Below are positions 49,913 to 64,000 of a stretch of DNA of 64,000 nt, one piece after another. Each line of letters opens with the position of its first letter. Positions within the stretch are counted from its first letter, which is position 1. The position numbers and the translations under genes were made by a program. Source of the DNA: Malacoraja senta (Eukaryota); NCBI GenBank assembly GCA_038087875.1, contig CM075989.1, forward strand, positions 10,046,001 through 10,110,000, written 5' to 3'. Below the pieces are notes generated by a model, which ran no database searches, had not been told where the DNA came from, and was given only the letters and a program-made list of their open reading frames with translations.

Positions 49913-50099
49913 GCATTTCTTGCAGCTGTGATTTCCTCCCCAGTTCCCTTTCTTTCCCACATTTCCACCTGTTGCTGCCTTCCTTTCTGCAGTTCTCCCC
50001 CACCAACCCACCACACTCTGTAGCTCAATGTATTTCCTCTGGATTGGAAGATTATAGGTTTGACTTCGGTCCTAAGACAATAAATCTAACCCCCTTTCT

Positions 50100-50470
50100 T
50101 CTCCCCCCTCCCCATGCCCCACCTGAACACACACCCATTTCTCCCCTCCATCCACATTCCTTTCTCTAGCTTCACAATTTACAATTTGAATTTGTCTCAC
50201 ATCTTGTTTTTATCTTTTTATCTCTGGCCATCATCCAACAGTTGACCTATCAAAAATCCCCTCACCCGTGTTCATCTATTACCTGCATGCTTTGTCCCGC
50301 CCCTCCTCTCATCCAGCTTTCTTTCCCCCCCCACCACCCAATTTCTGAAGAAGGGTTCCGACCTGAAATGTCACCCATTCATGTTCTCCAGGGATGCTGC
50401 ATCACCCACTGAGTTACTCCAGCACTTTGTGTCTTTTTAGGTAATCCAGCATCTGCAGTTCCTTGTTTCT
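50100..50470 (+). mobile_element. Penelope pLTR fragment
   Basis: ctgaagaagggttccgacctgaaatgtcaccc. Confidence 0.75.
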
Positions 50471-52644
50471 ACATATTCATCAGTGACCTCGTACATTAAG
50501 GGTTGGAATTGGGGATGTTTGCTGATGACTGCACAACTTTCTAATCAATTCTTCAGCAAATGAAACAGCCCATGTCTACCTGCAGCAAGATGTATTTTCT
50601 GCCACAAATCCCATACCTGTTCTAACATTTTCTCTTTAAATATTCCTAATATTAAAACCCTTCGAGGTGGAGAACTCCAAGGATTTGCAGAAGAAGGAGA
50701 ATCTCTGAAGTTCTCTACTCCAAAGAGATGTGGTGTCTAGATCACTGAAGGTGCTTGAAGATGATGAACTAGATTTTTTTGGAAGGATCAGGTAGTTAAT
50801 GATTAGGGGACTTGACATGGAGGAGGAGATGAGGCCTAGATAAGCCACAATCGTATTGAATGGTGGGCGGCCTGAGGGACTGAATGGCTGACTCCTGCTG
50901 TTATTTTCTTGACCCCAGCACTCCATATTCACATGTAGGTGACTTTTATTCAATCAAGTCTACACAAAGTGTTGTCCCATTTACCCAATGATCACCGATG
51001 CCAGAACAATCGCAAACGGATCTGGACTGGGATAAAATGCACATCCAAGGAAGCTCCAACTCCCTCCCATTGTTTCAAGCCTGGAAATTATTAACTGCTA
51101 CCAACCAAATTCAGCTTGGCTCTTTTTCAGCAAAGTTTGCCTCTCGAAACATGGGCTCCGGCTTTGTACTGTATCGAGAAAGTGCCGCATTAATGGACAA
51201 ACTTCTGTGGCAGCAACAGCAGACCCACGGTCCACAGAAAGCCATGAATCTGCCTTGGCAAGTGTTGGTTGAAGGAAAGCAATTGGCCAGAAAGCTCAAG
51301 AAAGGGGCCTGTTCTTCTTCAGCTCGATTACATTCAAATGAACCATCAAATTTCAGTTTAAAACATCAACCCGGAAACCTCAAGGGCAATGATATAATAC
51401 TTGCAGCCATAAATATTGGATAGTCACAAATGCATGTACTATGGAATTCAGGTGGAAACATTTAACTCAGAGCAGTGGGAATTGCAACTCACTACCATAT
51501 GGAATGAAATGATAGACTTCAAATGCTGAAAATCTGACATTTAAAAAACACTGAAATGGCTGAAAACACCGATCAGGGGTTTAAAAAACAGCATCAATGG
51601 AAAGGGAAACAGTTAACATTTCCGGTCTGGGACCCTGCATCAGTACTGGGGAAAAAGAAGAACAGGTATTAGCAGGGGAGCTGCACGGTGGTACAGCGGT
51701 ATAGTTGCTGCCTTACAGCATCAGAGACCCGGGTTTGATCCTGACTATGGGGTGTTGCCTGTACGGAATTTTATCTTCTCCCTGTGACTGCGCGTGCTCC
51801 AGTTTCCTCCCACATTGCCAAGCTCATAGATAATGACAAGCATTTACACTGTGTTCTTAACCACAAGCGACGGGTGAAAGTATCACACACAGCCTGCAAC
51901 AGCTCGGGTGATGCCAGGGTTTGTGCCATGACTGCTCTGGGCTGTCTTTCCAATTTCCCGTCCCCGTCAATAAAAGTAGCTCCTATTTACACAAAGGACA
52001 GAGAGGACCTCAGTGGCGGAAGTTACCAACGGGTTGATCTTTTCACCATTGGAACAGAAGCGAGTGGTAGGAAGTCACCCTCTTGGAAGGACAAGGGCAA
52101 CGGGCTCAGCGGACCACCACCACCACCAGGTTCCTCTCCAAGTAAGACACCAACCCGATTTGGAAATGAAACAATTTTGTCCTTATTGTTGGGTCTAATT
52201 CCTAGAATCCCCTCCCAAGTAGCACCTTGGGACACCTTCACTATTTGGACAGCAGCTATTAAAATAAATGCACATCAGCACCTTTAAAAGGACAATTAGA
52301 GATGGGCAATAAATGAACCCTTGCCAGCAACACCCACATCCTGTCAATGAATAGAAATGAAAATTGAAAATGTCTGTAGGATTAAAAAAAATACAGCAAC
52401 GTTGATCACAACTGTTACAAGAATCTGACAACCATCTAGCGTCTAACCATCTCTAGAAGTGGTTGAGTTCCCAGTTAGGAAGGTCACAGTCCTATTCTGC
52501 TCATTTCAAGGTGAAACGTAAAGCTTGGATCGTTGCAGAGGTTTCTGAGTAATGACAGTCATGCTGATTCCAGTGATCTTACTACAAAATAACTCCATGC
52601 ACAGATAGGGCCAACAGCTCAAAGTTGTATCCACGACCAGTGCA

Positions 52645-55637
52645 GTTACATGGAGATGCGGGATTGCTGCAAGGTTGTTGTGGTTTAATACAAACATAGC
52701 CACAAACACATCAGGCACTGGTAAAATTAGCAACAATGCAGACAGCATTTCTTTTTAACAAGACACAATTTGGATAATAGAAGTCTACAAAAGTAAAGCA
52801 CAGTGAATACTGAAAGCACACAGCAGGCAAGGTGGTATCCGTACAGAGGGAAACATGGTTAAAGTTTCCACTCAATGTTCTCAATTGAAAAAAAGTTTGA
52901 GATGAAAGCAACTTTAAAATGTAGGGAAGGAAAAAGAGTGGGGGATGAAGGAAAGGAAAGCTGTGTGATAGGTGGAGGGGAGGGGGAGAAATTGTCGGTT
53001 GGCACAGAACAAGAAAGGGAGGCTTCGAGGAGATCTAATGAGAGCAGCAGAATCGTTTAGAAGTGGTTAATACTGAGTGCATGAGGGTTGATAAATCTGC
53101 AATAATGAGATGCAAATAGACACAAAATGCAGGAGTAACTCATCGGGTCATATTGCTCCAGATGCTATATTGTGCAGGATATATTTTGTGTCTATCTTCG
53201 GTAAACCAGCGACTGCAGTTTCTTCCTACACGCATTGAGGTGGAAATCATTTCCTCTGTTCGTTGCATTTCCTATTGCTACTTGATGGAGGAGATTTTAA
53301 GCAATAAAGACTGATGCAGAGTGTTCCTGACCACTGGTCAACCATCGCTGCAAGTGCTGTGTGACGGAGACCGCAGGCTACAAGAAAAGCCTCCACCTCG
53401 AAAGTAAGTCAAATCTAAGCTGGCAAATGCAAAGCAGGTCTCTCGGGGTCGGTGCTGCCTTGTCAGATCTGCAGCCTCAGCAGAAACAGTGGAAGGTGGA
53501 GGCCTCATCTGCCTCCTCAGCCGGACACAAAATATCCCCAGGCGCTATATCAATGCAGCTCTCTACAATATCCTGGCCAGTATTTACCCTTCAAACAACA
53601 GGGCACAGAAGTTGTGTTGCTGCCTTACAGCGCCACAGACTCATGTTCGATCCTGACTACGGGTGCTGTCGGTACAGAGTTTGTACGTTCTCTCTGTGAC
53701 CACGTGGGTTTTCCCCTGGTACTCCTGTTTCCTCCCACGTTCCAAAGACATACATGTTTGTAAGTTAATTGGCTTTGGCAAAGATTGAAAATTGCCCTTG
53801 GTGTGTAGGATAGTGCTCGCCTATGGGGATCACTGGTCAGTATGGACTCGGTGGGCCGAAGGGCCTGTTTCCACGCCGTATCTCTAAACTAAACCAAACC
53901 AGTTGCACAATCATTTATTACCATGCTGCATGTGGAAGCTGGAGAGCAAAACAGCAATGTTTCGTTCACACCTTTTCATAGTCTGCGGATGTCACAAAGT
54001 TTCTTGCAGCAAATGTCAAAATGATGCCATCAATTTACATGTGGCAGGCTTCCAGAGCCACCAAACACCTGTTCCAGTGGAATTTAGATTATGTGACACA
54101 TGGTTTACTCCAATGCAAAAATTGAAATTGTGTGACTGTGTGCAAATGTGGCCGCCTTGTTTTACATTGGCAGTAGGTTTTACATTGCCCCATGGTTAGG
54201 AAGGTTGTGATGGAAATGCTGCTGTGTTCTCTCAAAAATTGCCACTTTAATCAGCCAGCATCCAGCTCAAATCATAATCATTCTTTATTAGCCAAGTATG
54301 TTTTGCAACACAAACTCTGTTTCCAGCAATGCCAATCCTTCCTACCCAGTGCCCTGCGCGAGGTGAGGTTGCTTGGCAACCTCTTGGGATCGAATATCCA
54401 GGGCCAGAGAGCAGAACCCAATGGGAAGTGATTGTTGGCTTCTTCTTTGGGTCAGGACCACAGATCATTTTCTTCCACTCCAGCTCTATGCATTCTAAGG
54501 TGACCAATAAGACCAATGCAAGAACGGCAGATAGACACAAAATGCTGGAGTAACTCAGCGGGCCAGGCGGCATCTCTGGAGAGGAGGGATGGGTGACATT
54601 TCGGGTCGAGACCCTTCTTCAGACTCCGTAAGAACTGCAGATGCTGTCACAACTGGGAAAAAGGCATCTGCGTCCACGACCACCCAAGACCAATAGCCAA
54701 CTAATTGTTGCTGCACTACACTGGTTTCCCCAAGTTTGGCCTGCACAATATAGCACATAGCAAGGGCAAGAGCAGATATTGAGTAGAATTTCCTGTGATC
54801 AGGGAAGTAACATGGAGAGGTGTGATTGCTGCAAGGTTGTTGTGGTTTAATACAAACACAGCCACAAACGCATCAGGCACTGTTAAAATCAGCAACAATG
54901 CAATAATATTTATTTTTAACAGGGCACAATTTGGATAATAGAAGTCGACAAAGGTATTAGTGAATACTGAAAGCACACAGTAGGCCAGGCAGTGTCCGTA
55001 CAGAGAGAAATGCGGTCAATGGTCTCATCTCAAATAAAGTTTGAAATTAAAGCAGCTTTAAAATGTAGGGAAGGAAAAAGGTTGAGGAATGAAATGAAGA
55101 AAAGAGAGGCTGTGTGATAGGGTGATGGGGAGGGGGAGAAATAGGGGAACAAGAAAGGGAGGGTCTCGAGGAGATCTAATGAGAGCTGCAGAATTGTTTA
55201 GATAATAGTTAATACTGAGCGCATGAGGGTTGTTAAACCTGCAACAATGAGATGGAAATAGACAAACAATGCTGGAGGAACTCAACTGGTCAGACAGCAG
55301 GCAGCAGAGTTACTCCAGCATTTTGATGTCTATCTTCAGTGCAAACCAGCATCTGCAGAATATCAAGAACCAGAGAGAACCACCCAATATCGAGTCATTG
55401 TTGGCTTCTTGTGTAGGAAGGAACTGCAAATGCTGATTTAAACCGAAGATAGACACAAAATGCTGGAGTAACTCAGCGAGACAGGCAGCATCTCTGGAGA
55501 GAGGGAATGGGCGACATTTCGGGTCAAGACCCTTCTTCAGACTTCTTCTTTGGATCAGAACCACAGATGATTATCTTCCACTCCAGTTCTATACATTCTA
55601 GCCAGCCAGCAAGAGCAGATATTGAGTATAATTTTCA
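52645..55637 (+). repeat. Old diverged tandem duplication
   Basis: 52645-53140 matches 54807-55285; 54392-54498 matches 55358-55600; 54767-54792 matches 55609-55637. Confidence 0.85.
53600..53895 (+). mobile_element. HE1-like V-SINE
   Basis: V-domain and tail. Confidence 0.85.
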
Positions 55638-55729
55638 GCTTAATTTATGAACCCTGGCATACAGAACACTAGAAGAAATTGGAATTGCAGAGAGATCGTG
55701 ATCAGCTAGGTAAGTGAGCGGAGGATTGT

Positions 55730-56490
55730 AAATGGAGTCTCTATCAGGTAAGTGTGACGTGTTACAGTTTGGGATGTTAAACCAGGGTAGGACTTGCACA
55801 GTGAACAGTAAGGCCCTGAGAGATGTGGCAGAACAGAGGGACCTAGGAATACAAGTACATACTTCACTGAAAGTGCCGTTACAAGTGGACAGGGTGGTGA
55901 AGATGGTTTTATACATATGTAAACACAAAGTGCTGGAGTAACTCAGCCGGTCAGGCAGCATCTCTGGAAAAAATAGGTCTGGCCTTCAGCAGTAGGTGCA
56001 CTGAAGATAAAAGTTGAGACATTATGTTATGGTTGTACATGATGTTGGGAAGGCCATATTTGGAGTATTGTGTCCAGTTTTCGTCAGCCTGCTATAGGAA
56101 AGTTGTCATAATCAGAAAAGAGTGCATCAAAGATTCACGAGGATGTAGCCAAACGTCCAGGGACCGAGTTATAGAGAGAGGTTCGGTAGGCTGAGACTTT
56201 ATTCCCCGAAGTATAGGAGACCAAGAGGTGATCTTGTAAAAGTATAGAAGATCATTAGGGACACAGATAGGGTGAATGCATAGTATTTTTCTCAGGGATG
56301 GTAAATAAGTAACTAGAGGGTGGGATGTATGGAGCAAGCTGCTCAGCGAGGTGATCGAGGCAGGTACTGTAACAACATGTAAAAGATATATAGACAGGTA
56401 CATAGATAGGAAACTTTGAGAGGAATATGGGTCAAACATGGGCAAACAGGACTAACTTAAGTGGGCATCTTGGTCGACAGCCTGTTTCAA
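55730..56490 (+). mobile_element. Degenerate CR1 with a pLTR insertion
   Basis: KCDVLQFG..N...EQRDLGIQVHTSLKV..QVDRVVK. Confidence 0.8.
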
Positions 56491-56721
56491 TAAATTCCAG
56501 TACAGAGTCTATTATCAATGAGGCAACTTCTAGTCTCCTGCCCTGTTTCCCCAGTGGAGGCTGATTTGAGATCCTACACCACTGCTTGTACACTTGCACA
56601 CACTGCCTCTACCCCATCCCACACATCACTAGACAAACATTGGTGTAAATATATAGAAATGTCAAAAGACCCAACTTCAATCATCCCTCATCTTTCAAAT
56701 TTGCAAACAATCCTCACCAAT

Positions 56722-56822
56722 TGATAAGGCTGAATGATGTTTAATATAAGAAAATATTAAATGGATTTGGCCCAGGAATCCATTTAATATTTTCTTATGT
56801 TAAACATCATTCAGCCTTATCA
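56722..56822. repeat. Near-perfect 46 bp inverted repeat with a 9 nt loop
   Basis: Arms 56722-56767 and 56777-56822, one mismatch. Confidence 0.95.
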
Positions 56823-56872
56823 TAATGATCTATTTACTCCCCCAAAAATATGACTGAGAGTCATATATGGCT

Positions 56873-57153
56873 TCAGAGATAGTGTGGAAACAGGCCCTTT
56901 GGCCCACTGGGCCCGTGGCAACCAGCAACTACCTCGTACACTAGCACTATCCTACACACTAGGAACAATTTACAAATTTACAGAAGCCAATCCTATATAT
57001 ATTTGGACTGTGGGAGGAAACAGGAGCACCCAGAAAAAACCCCACCTGGTCACAGGGAGAAAGTTTAAACTCTGTACAGACAGCACCCATAGTCAGGATT
57101 GAACCCGTGTCTCTGGCGCTGTAAGGCAGCAACTCTACCGCTGCGCCACCATG
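56873..57153 (-). mobile_element. HE1-like V-SINE
   Basis: Reverse complement of the tRNA head, V-domain and tail. Confidence 0.85.
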
Positions 57154-57474
57154 CCGTACTGAGCTTCGTGTTGCTCCTGAAGCAGTCAGTGACAAGCAAC
57201 AACCACTTTCTTGTGTTACAACCACTAACAAGACAAACTCCCTCAGGACTTCATGGAGTTACACCAGAAACCATCCAGCAGACAGTTTAGGAAAAATTCG
57301 GACAACTTGGACCTTAAGAAGGTTATCGCAACAACCTTCCACATTCAGTTGGCTGATAATGTAACCTTACAAATGACCCCATGGGCAAGCTGTCAGAAGG
57401 TGATATCTTCCCTCAATATGTGTCTGCAAGAATCAAAATATAAGCTTTTTTCCCTCTGCATTGCACTTATTGGA

Positions 57475-57780
57475 CATAGAAAAGTCATAATAGGAACAGG
57501 CCCTTTAGCCCACAAGGTTTGTGTCAAACTTAATGCCAAGTTAAACAAATCTTCCCTGCCTTGTAATGATCCATAATTCCTCCTTTCCATGCATATTCAC
57601 ATGCCTATCCAAAAGCCTCTCAAGTGCCACTACTGTATCCGTCTCTACCACACCCCCGGCTGTGTGTTCCAGGAACCCATACATCTTTAAACTTTGCCCC
57701 TATCACTTTAAAGCTACGCCTCCAGGTCTTTGACATTCCCACCCCCGGAAAAAGGTTTTAAATGTCTACCCTATCTAAGC
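57475..57780 (-). mobile_element. CR1 3' fragment
   Basis: Reverse complement of a CR1 end. Confidence 0.7.
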
Positions 57781-59728
57781 CATCAGATCTGATGCGACGA
57801 TAAGCACCCACCAGACCCCAAAAACAAATCCCCACACTATATGGAACAATGTTAAAACCATTTAATTGAGGCGATGCACTGAGAATAAAATCCATGGGAT
57901 CAGGCAGGACTTGTGACTATTTATAGAGTGAGTGAGTGAGTGAGTGAGAGTCGACCCGTTTAGTCAATTAGAAACGATTCCACCGCATTCTCCCAACACT
58001 AATCACGAACAAAGCACAGTGTGATAGGCACGGCAAAGGTATGAAATTAAAATTGTAAGGCTCTCCAGAAACACTCAAAGTTTCACCATTAAATAACAGC
58101 CCATTATCTCTCTTGTCTCTCTTACATATACACACATGCACATGTGCACACACACACCCCACACACTTGAATCTGCATTTACATGAAGTTAATACTAGTT
58201 TTGGCTTTGCACTGTGCAGTCCAACTGTGCCACTAGTCAAAGCTCACTCACTCACTCCTGATCGAAGGATAGCCACAATCTGCCAAGGTGCCAGTCTGGC
58301 TCTGTGGTAATTCAGTTCCCCCGGGAGCAGTGGAAGCCAAATCACCGAATATATTCAAAGCCCAGACAGACTGAGGGAGTCCAGGATTACAGAAACAAGC
58401 AGGAAAGTGGAGCTGAAGCCAAGATCAGATCAGCCCTGATGTGAACGAATGGCAGAGCAGGCGTGATTGAGGGGCCATATGGCTGACGGCTGCTCCTATT
58501 TCCAATGATCTACTTTAGGAGGCTGGGCATGGAATCTGGACTGCACAACACCATTAACTGCACCTCCAGGGCACAGCTGAACTGGCTGAATGCTTAAACC
58601 CAAACCATTTGCAAATTATCTCAAAGACAAGGTCACTCTCGTCGAACCTGGGCAGGGACAAGAGGCCTGTCTGTGCCTGTCTTTCAATATCACCAGTGGA
58701 GTGTGATCCTGCATTGAGTGTGTGTTCCTGCCAAGGGAATAGTCACTCTGCGAGATGTAGATGAGGAGGTTCAAGTGCATAGACAACAGTGTGTCTTGGG
58801 CCAGATGGCCTGGAGAAGTTGTGGGATCCTATGCATTTTGACTGCACTAGAGAGAAAAATGTATTGGTGTTACATCATGGTCACTCAACAAGGGTCTACA
58901 GTCGCTATAGGATCCATAATAATCCTGAAGGTTCACAAAACCAAATTCCTCTCCATCCACTGTAATCTCCCTCCACAACAAAAGGATTTGCCCACTGTTA
59001 TTTCATTGTATTATTATTATTTTTTTTTTAATGCAAGCGTGTCTTCTGGCAAATGTGTTCCTAATCAGTTCAACAACCAAAGGGGATAAAAGTGTTGGTA
59101 AGACAGCATTAAAAAAAAAATTGTATTTTTTTCTCAATTGCCGATTTACCAGCGCTTTTATCCCCATTGGTCGTGGAACTGATTATAGCAACACAGTTTT
59201 CCAGAAGGTAACTCAGACATGGACCCCCAAAGAATGCCCAGTCTGCAGTCGACTACATCCCCTCCCCCCTCATTATGTATCAAATATAATTCCAGGAATC
59301 GTCTCCCCACACCCCCAGATAGTAACCTACCAACCGGGAATAAATCACCTACTATTTCTGCCCAGTTAACTGCGCACGTTAACGCGTGTACTTCTGCTTG
59401 GAGATTCTGATATTCTTTATCGTTCCACCCCCCACCCACCCGCCCAAAAGAACGACTTTGGTTGCAAACTGCTGCTGTCACCGACACAAGATGCGGGAAA
59501 CAACACGCGAAGCAAACTCATGCTGACTACTGATGACATCCCTTCACCAAGTCCTCGTCCGTGTACCTCCAACTCACATCAAATCTTGGACTTTAAAAAA
59601 AATCTTGTGAAATCCAAACGTGTGAAAATATCAATCAGAAACCCGCTCACAATTAAACGCTGTTTTTTTTAAAAAACGATTTTTTTTAAAAGTATGTTCG
59701 CACAGGGCGTTTAAAACACGTTGCGTTA

Positions 59729-60640
<912 letters not shown>

Positions 60641-60947
60641 CAGCCGAAGCAAGCGAGAGAGGAACGTCCTTACCTCTCAACTTCCAGCCTCACCTACCAG
60701 GCAGGCTACCAACCCACAATCATCTGGGATCAATAACTGCAGCTCATTAAAACTAGGAAGTTTACTGCTGTATTTTTGCGTTTTGGACCCTTTGCCTCAC
60801 CTCTTCCATTTATGTCACTTACCTTCCCCTGTCCCACAGACCTGCCACCACCCCCCCCCCCCTTCCTTCATCCCCTCCCCTCCATTTTACAACTTGTCTA
60901 CCACTGATTTTTTGTTGTTGTGTTTTGTTGAAAAGTCATTGATTTAA

Positions 60948-61205
60948 AGTTTAGAGTTACAGCATGGAAACAAGCCCTTCGGCCCACTGAGTCCACGCCG
61001 ACCATCGATCACCCTTCATAGACACAAAATGCTGGAGTAACTCAGCGGGACAGGCAGCTTCTCTGGAGAGAAGGAATGGGTGACGTTTCGGGTCGAGACC
61101 CTTCTTCAGATCAGCCGTTCACACTCGTTCTATGTTGTCCCACTTTCTCATCCACTCCCTACACATTAGGGGGAATTGACAAAGGCCAATTAGCCTACAA
61201 ACCAA
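60948..61205 (-). mobile_element. V-SINE 3' half with a pLTR insertion (61018-61110; hammerhead core 61082-61109)
   Basis: SINE tail split by a pLTR segment. Confidence 0.8.
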
Positions 61206-61229
61206 AACATTAATTTTGCATTAAACAAG

Positions 61230-62052
61230 CTGGAGACCGCAGATCCGCTCTCACTCCCCATCCCCCTACTCGTAACAAGGACAGAATCCCTCTTGTCCTC
61301 ACCTTCCACCCCATACGTCGCATACAACATATAATCCTCCGGCATTTTCGCCACCTCCAACTGGATCCCACCACTGGCCACATCTTCCCATCTCCTCCCC
61401 TTACTGCTTTCCGCAGAGACCGTTCCCACCCAAACCACCCCCTCCCCTGGTACTTTCCCTTGCAACCGCGGGAAATGCTACACTTGTCGCTTTACCTCCC
61501 CCCTCAACTCCATCCAAGGACCTAAGCAGTCTTTCCAGGTGAGGCGTAGTTCACCTGCACCTCCTCCAACATCTACTGCATCCGCTGTTCCAGGTGTCAA
61601 CTTCTCTACATCGGTGAGACCAAGAGCAGGCTTGGCGATCGCTTCGCCCAACACCTCCGCTCTGTTCGCAATAACCAACCTGATCTCCCGGTGGCTCAGC
61701 ACTTCAACTCCCCTTCCCATTCCAAATCCGACCTTTCTGTCCTGGGCCTCTGCCATTATCAGAGTAAGGCCCAGCGCAAATTGGAGGAAAAGCACCTCAT
61801 ATTTCGCTTGGGTAGTTTACATCCCAGCGGTATGAGCATTGACTTCTCCAATTTCAGGTAGCCCTTGCTTTCTCCCTCCTTCCTCTCCCTTTCCCAGCTC
61901 TCCCACAAGTCTACTGTCTCCGCCTCTTCCTTTATTTTTCCTGCACCTCCCGACATCAGTCTGAAGAAGGGCCTCAACCCAAAACATCGCCTATTCATTC
62001 TGTCCATAGATGCTGCCTCACCCGCTGAGTTTCTCCAGCATTTTTGTCTACC
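61230..62052 (+). mobile_element. Penelope-like element (GIY-YIG remnant plus pLTR)
   Basis: IPLVLTFHP...CNRGKCYTC...IYCIRCSRCQLLYIGETKSRLGDRFAQHLRSV. Confidence 0.9.
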
Positions 62053-62651
62053 ATCAATTTTGCATCTCCCTCTACTTGTCCCGCCTAACCTGGTGAACAT
62101 TTTCACCATCTTCCACCTTTTACCCGATGATCCAGTTCACTTTATTAATCTTCTGTGTTGATGTCATTTTCCGGATCCATGTGTTGGGAAAAAAGCTACT
62201 GCGTTGGATTTGTTTAATGGTGTTTTCACACCTGGGGAACAGATTGTGGGTTTGAGCCCAAGTTGGGACACAGTTAAGATCACAGGATAACCAACTGGGT
62301 GAATTTACCACCTTTCACGTGGGCCAAGGCTCACCTGAAGAAAGGAGACAAGAGAAACTGCAGATGCTGCTATCTTGAGCAAATCACAAGTGTTGGAGGA
62401 ACTCAATGGGTCAGGCAGCATCTGTGGAGGGAATGGACAAAGAATGGGAGACTGATGGGGGGGAGAGAAAGCTGGAAAAGAGAGGTGGAAGTAGGACAAA
62501 GGTGGATACATGGGAGGGGTGACAGAGGGTGGAGTAAATGAAGAAAAGTGCAGGCTCAGTCACTGAGTGTATTCAAGGAAAGACTAATTTTGGAGAGTTA
62601 GGGATCTGGCTTTAGTACAGGAAACTTGCTGAGGTAAAATATCAGACATGA

Positions 62652-62870
62652 TCTTTAGTTTAGTTTAGTGTCATGTGTACAGAGGTACAATGAAAAACTT
62701 TTTGTTGTGTGCTATCCAGTTAACAGAAAGACTATTCATGATTACAATTGAGCTGTTCACAGTGTACAGATATAGGATAAAGTCCAGTAAAGTCTGATTA
62801 AAGAGAGTCCGTGGGTGTCCAATGAGATGGTGGTAACTTAGGACCACTCATTAGTTGTTGATAGGATGGT
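62652..62870 (-). mobile_element. Rex1-type 3' tail fragment
   Basis: Similar to 19455-19680. Confidence 0.65.
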
Positions 62871-63134
62871 TCCTGCAAGAAAAAAGGGGGAATTTGTGCA
62901 GCACCTCTTAAAGCCTTGCGTCTTAATTGTGAAGTAATTTGGAAGGGCAGTCAGTGTTGTATGGTGGAAATCCAGCACCTAATCTGTGCAACCAGATCTG
63001 ACAAACATTGAATTAACAATGGCCAGATATTCAATTTTAACAACGTTGACTGAGAAACAAAAGCAGTCTACTGAAACGTCACCTTGCCTTCCCAATTGGA
63101 CCATAGGATAGATTTATGTCCACGGCATTTTGTG

Positions 63135-63438
63135 CACAGTGGTAGAGGTGCTGCCTTACAGCACCAGAGACCTCGGTTTGATCCTAACTACGGGTGCTTG
63201 CCTGTGCTGAGTTTGTACGTTCTTTCTGTGACCTGCACGGGTTTTCTCCGGGAAGCTACGGTTTCCTCCCACACTCCAAAGACATGCAGGTTTGTAGGAT
63301 AATTGGCTTGGTATAATTGTAAATTCTCTCTTGTATGTGTAGAATAGCGTTAGTGTGCGGGGATCGCTGGTCAGCGCGGACTCGGTGGGCCGAAGAACTG
63401 TTTCTGTGCTTTATCTCTGAACTCAGAAAACTAAACTA
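63135..63438 (+). mobile_element. HE1-like V-SINE
   Basis: tRNA head, V-domain and tail. Confidence 0.85.
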
Positions 63439-64000
63439 AGAGAAGTGATGGGGAGCTCAGCATGTCATCCAAGGAAGAGTACCTTCACTAGTTTACCATC
63501 CCTTTGATAATCTACTAGAGAACCAATGTAAACTTCTATGCTCAAGTTGCTGAAGTGGGTCTTGCACCCACCACATCCTGGCCCGTAACTGAGAGTGTGC
63601 CCAGTAAGCATGAACAAAAGGGGCCTCTTTGAAGAGGGACACAGTCAACGTTATCTGAATTATAAATAAAATAAAGGAGGCATCAGAGTAAGTGATCTCG
63701 GTCTGGCTGTCAAAGCTCCGAAGGTGCAGTATGAATAAGAGATGGGATTCCTCCCAGTTTTACAACTGAGTCATCCTCCCACCATCTCCAATGCAACCTC
63801 TGCAAATAACAACAACAGCAATGTGAACTGGCCTTTCACCTCTATGTTATTAGTTTGAATGTTACTGGTATCAGCTAAGGTCTTGTTTTGGACATTGTAA
63901 CATTCATTGCACTCTGGAGGTCAACATGACATCTAAATGCACAATATGTTTAGTTTAGTTTAGAGATGCAGCATGGAAACAGGCCCTTTCGGCCCACCGA

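Overview
Vertebrate genomic DNA, most likely from a cartilaginous fish (skate/ray). The species call is inferred from HE1-type V-SINEs, CR1/HER1 LINEs and abundant Penelope-like repeats. The only host coding sequence I can support is the first coding exon of SMAD3 on the minus strand (59730-59935, 206 nt, phase-2 donor). Its GC-rich leader/promoter lies to the right, and everything to the left (about 59.7 kb) is intron 1; exon 2 was not found in the window. The intron is dense with transposable elements: L1, Rex1/Babar, CR1, Penelope-like elements, V-SINEs, Tc1, PIF/Harbinger, hAT and a Helitron. Highlights: (1) about 25 Penelope-derived repeats, many carrying a minimal hammerhead-ribozyme motif and many built as short hairpin elements, with intact cores on the SMAD3 pre-mRNA strand; (2) an L1 flanked by a ~0.93 kb direct duplication that looks like a giant target-site duplication; (3) a candidate alternative first exon (Kozak-ATG-AG|GTAAGC) that would splice in frame to SMAD3 exon 2; (4) several template-switch scars and motif-rich unique intronic blocks. 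Boundaries of old repeats are approximate.
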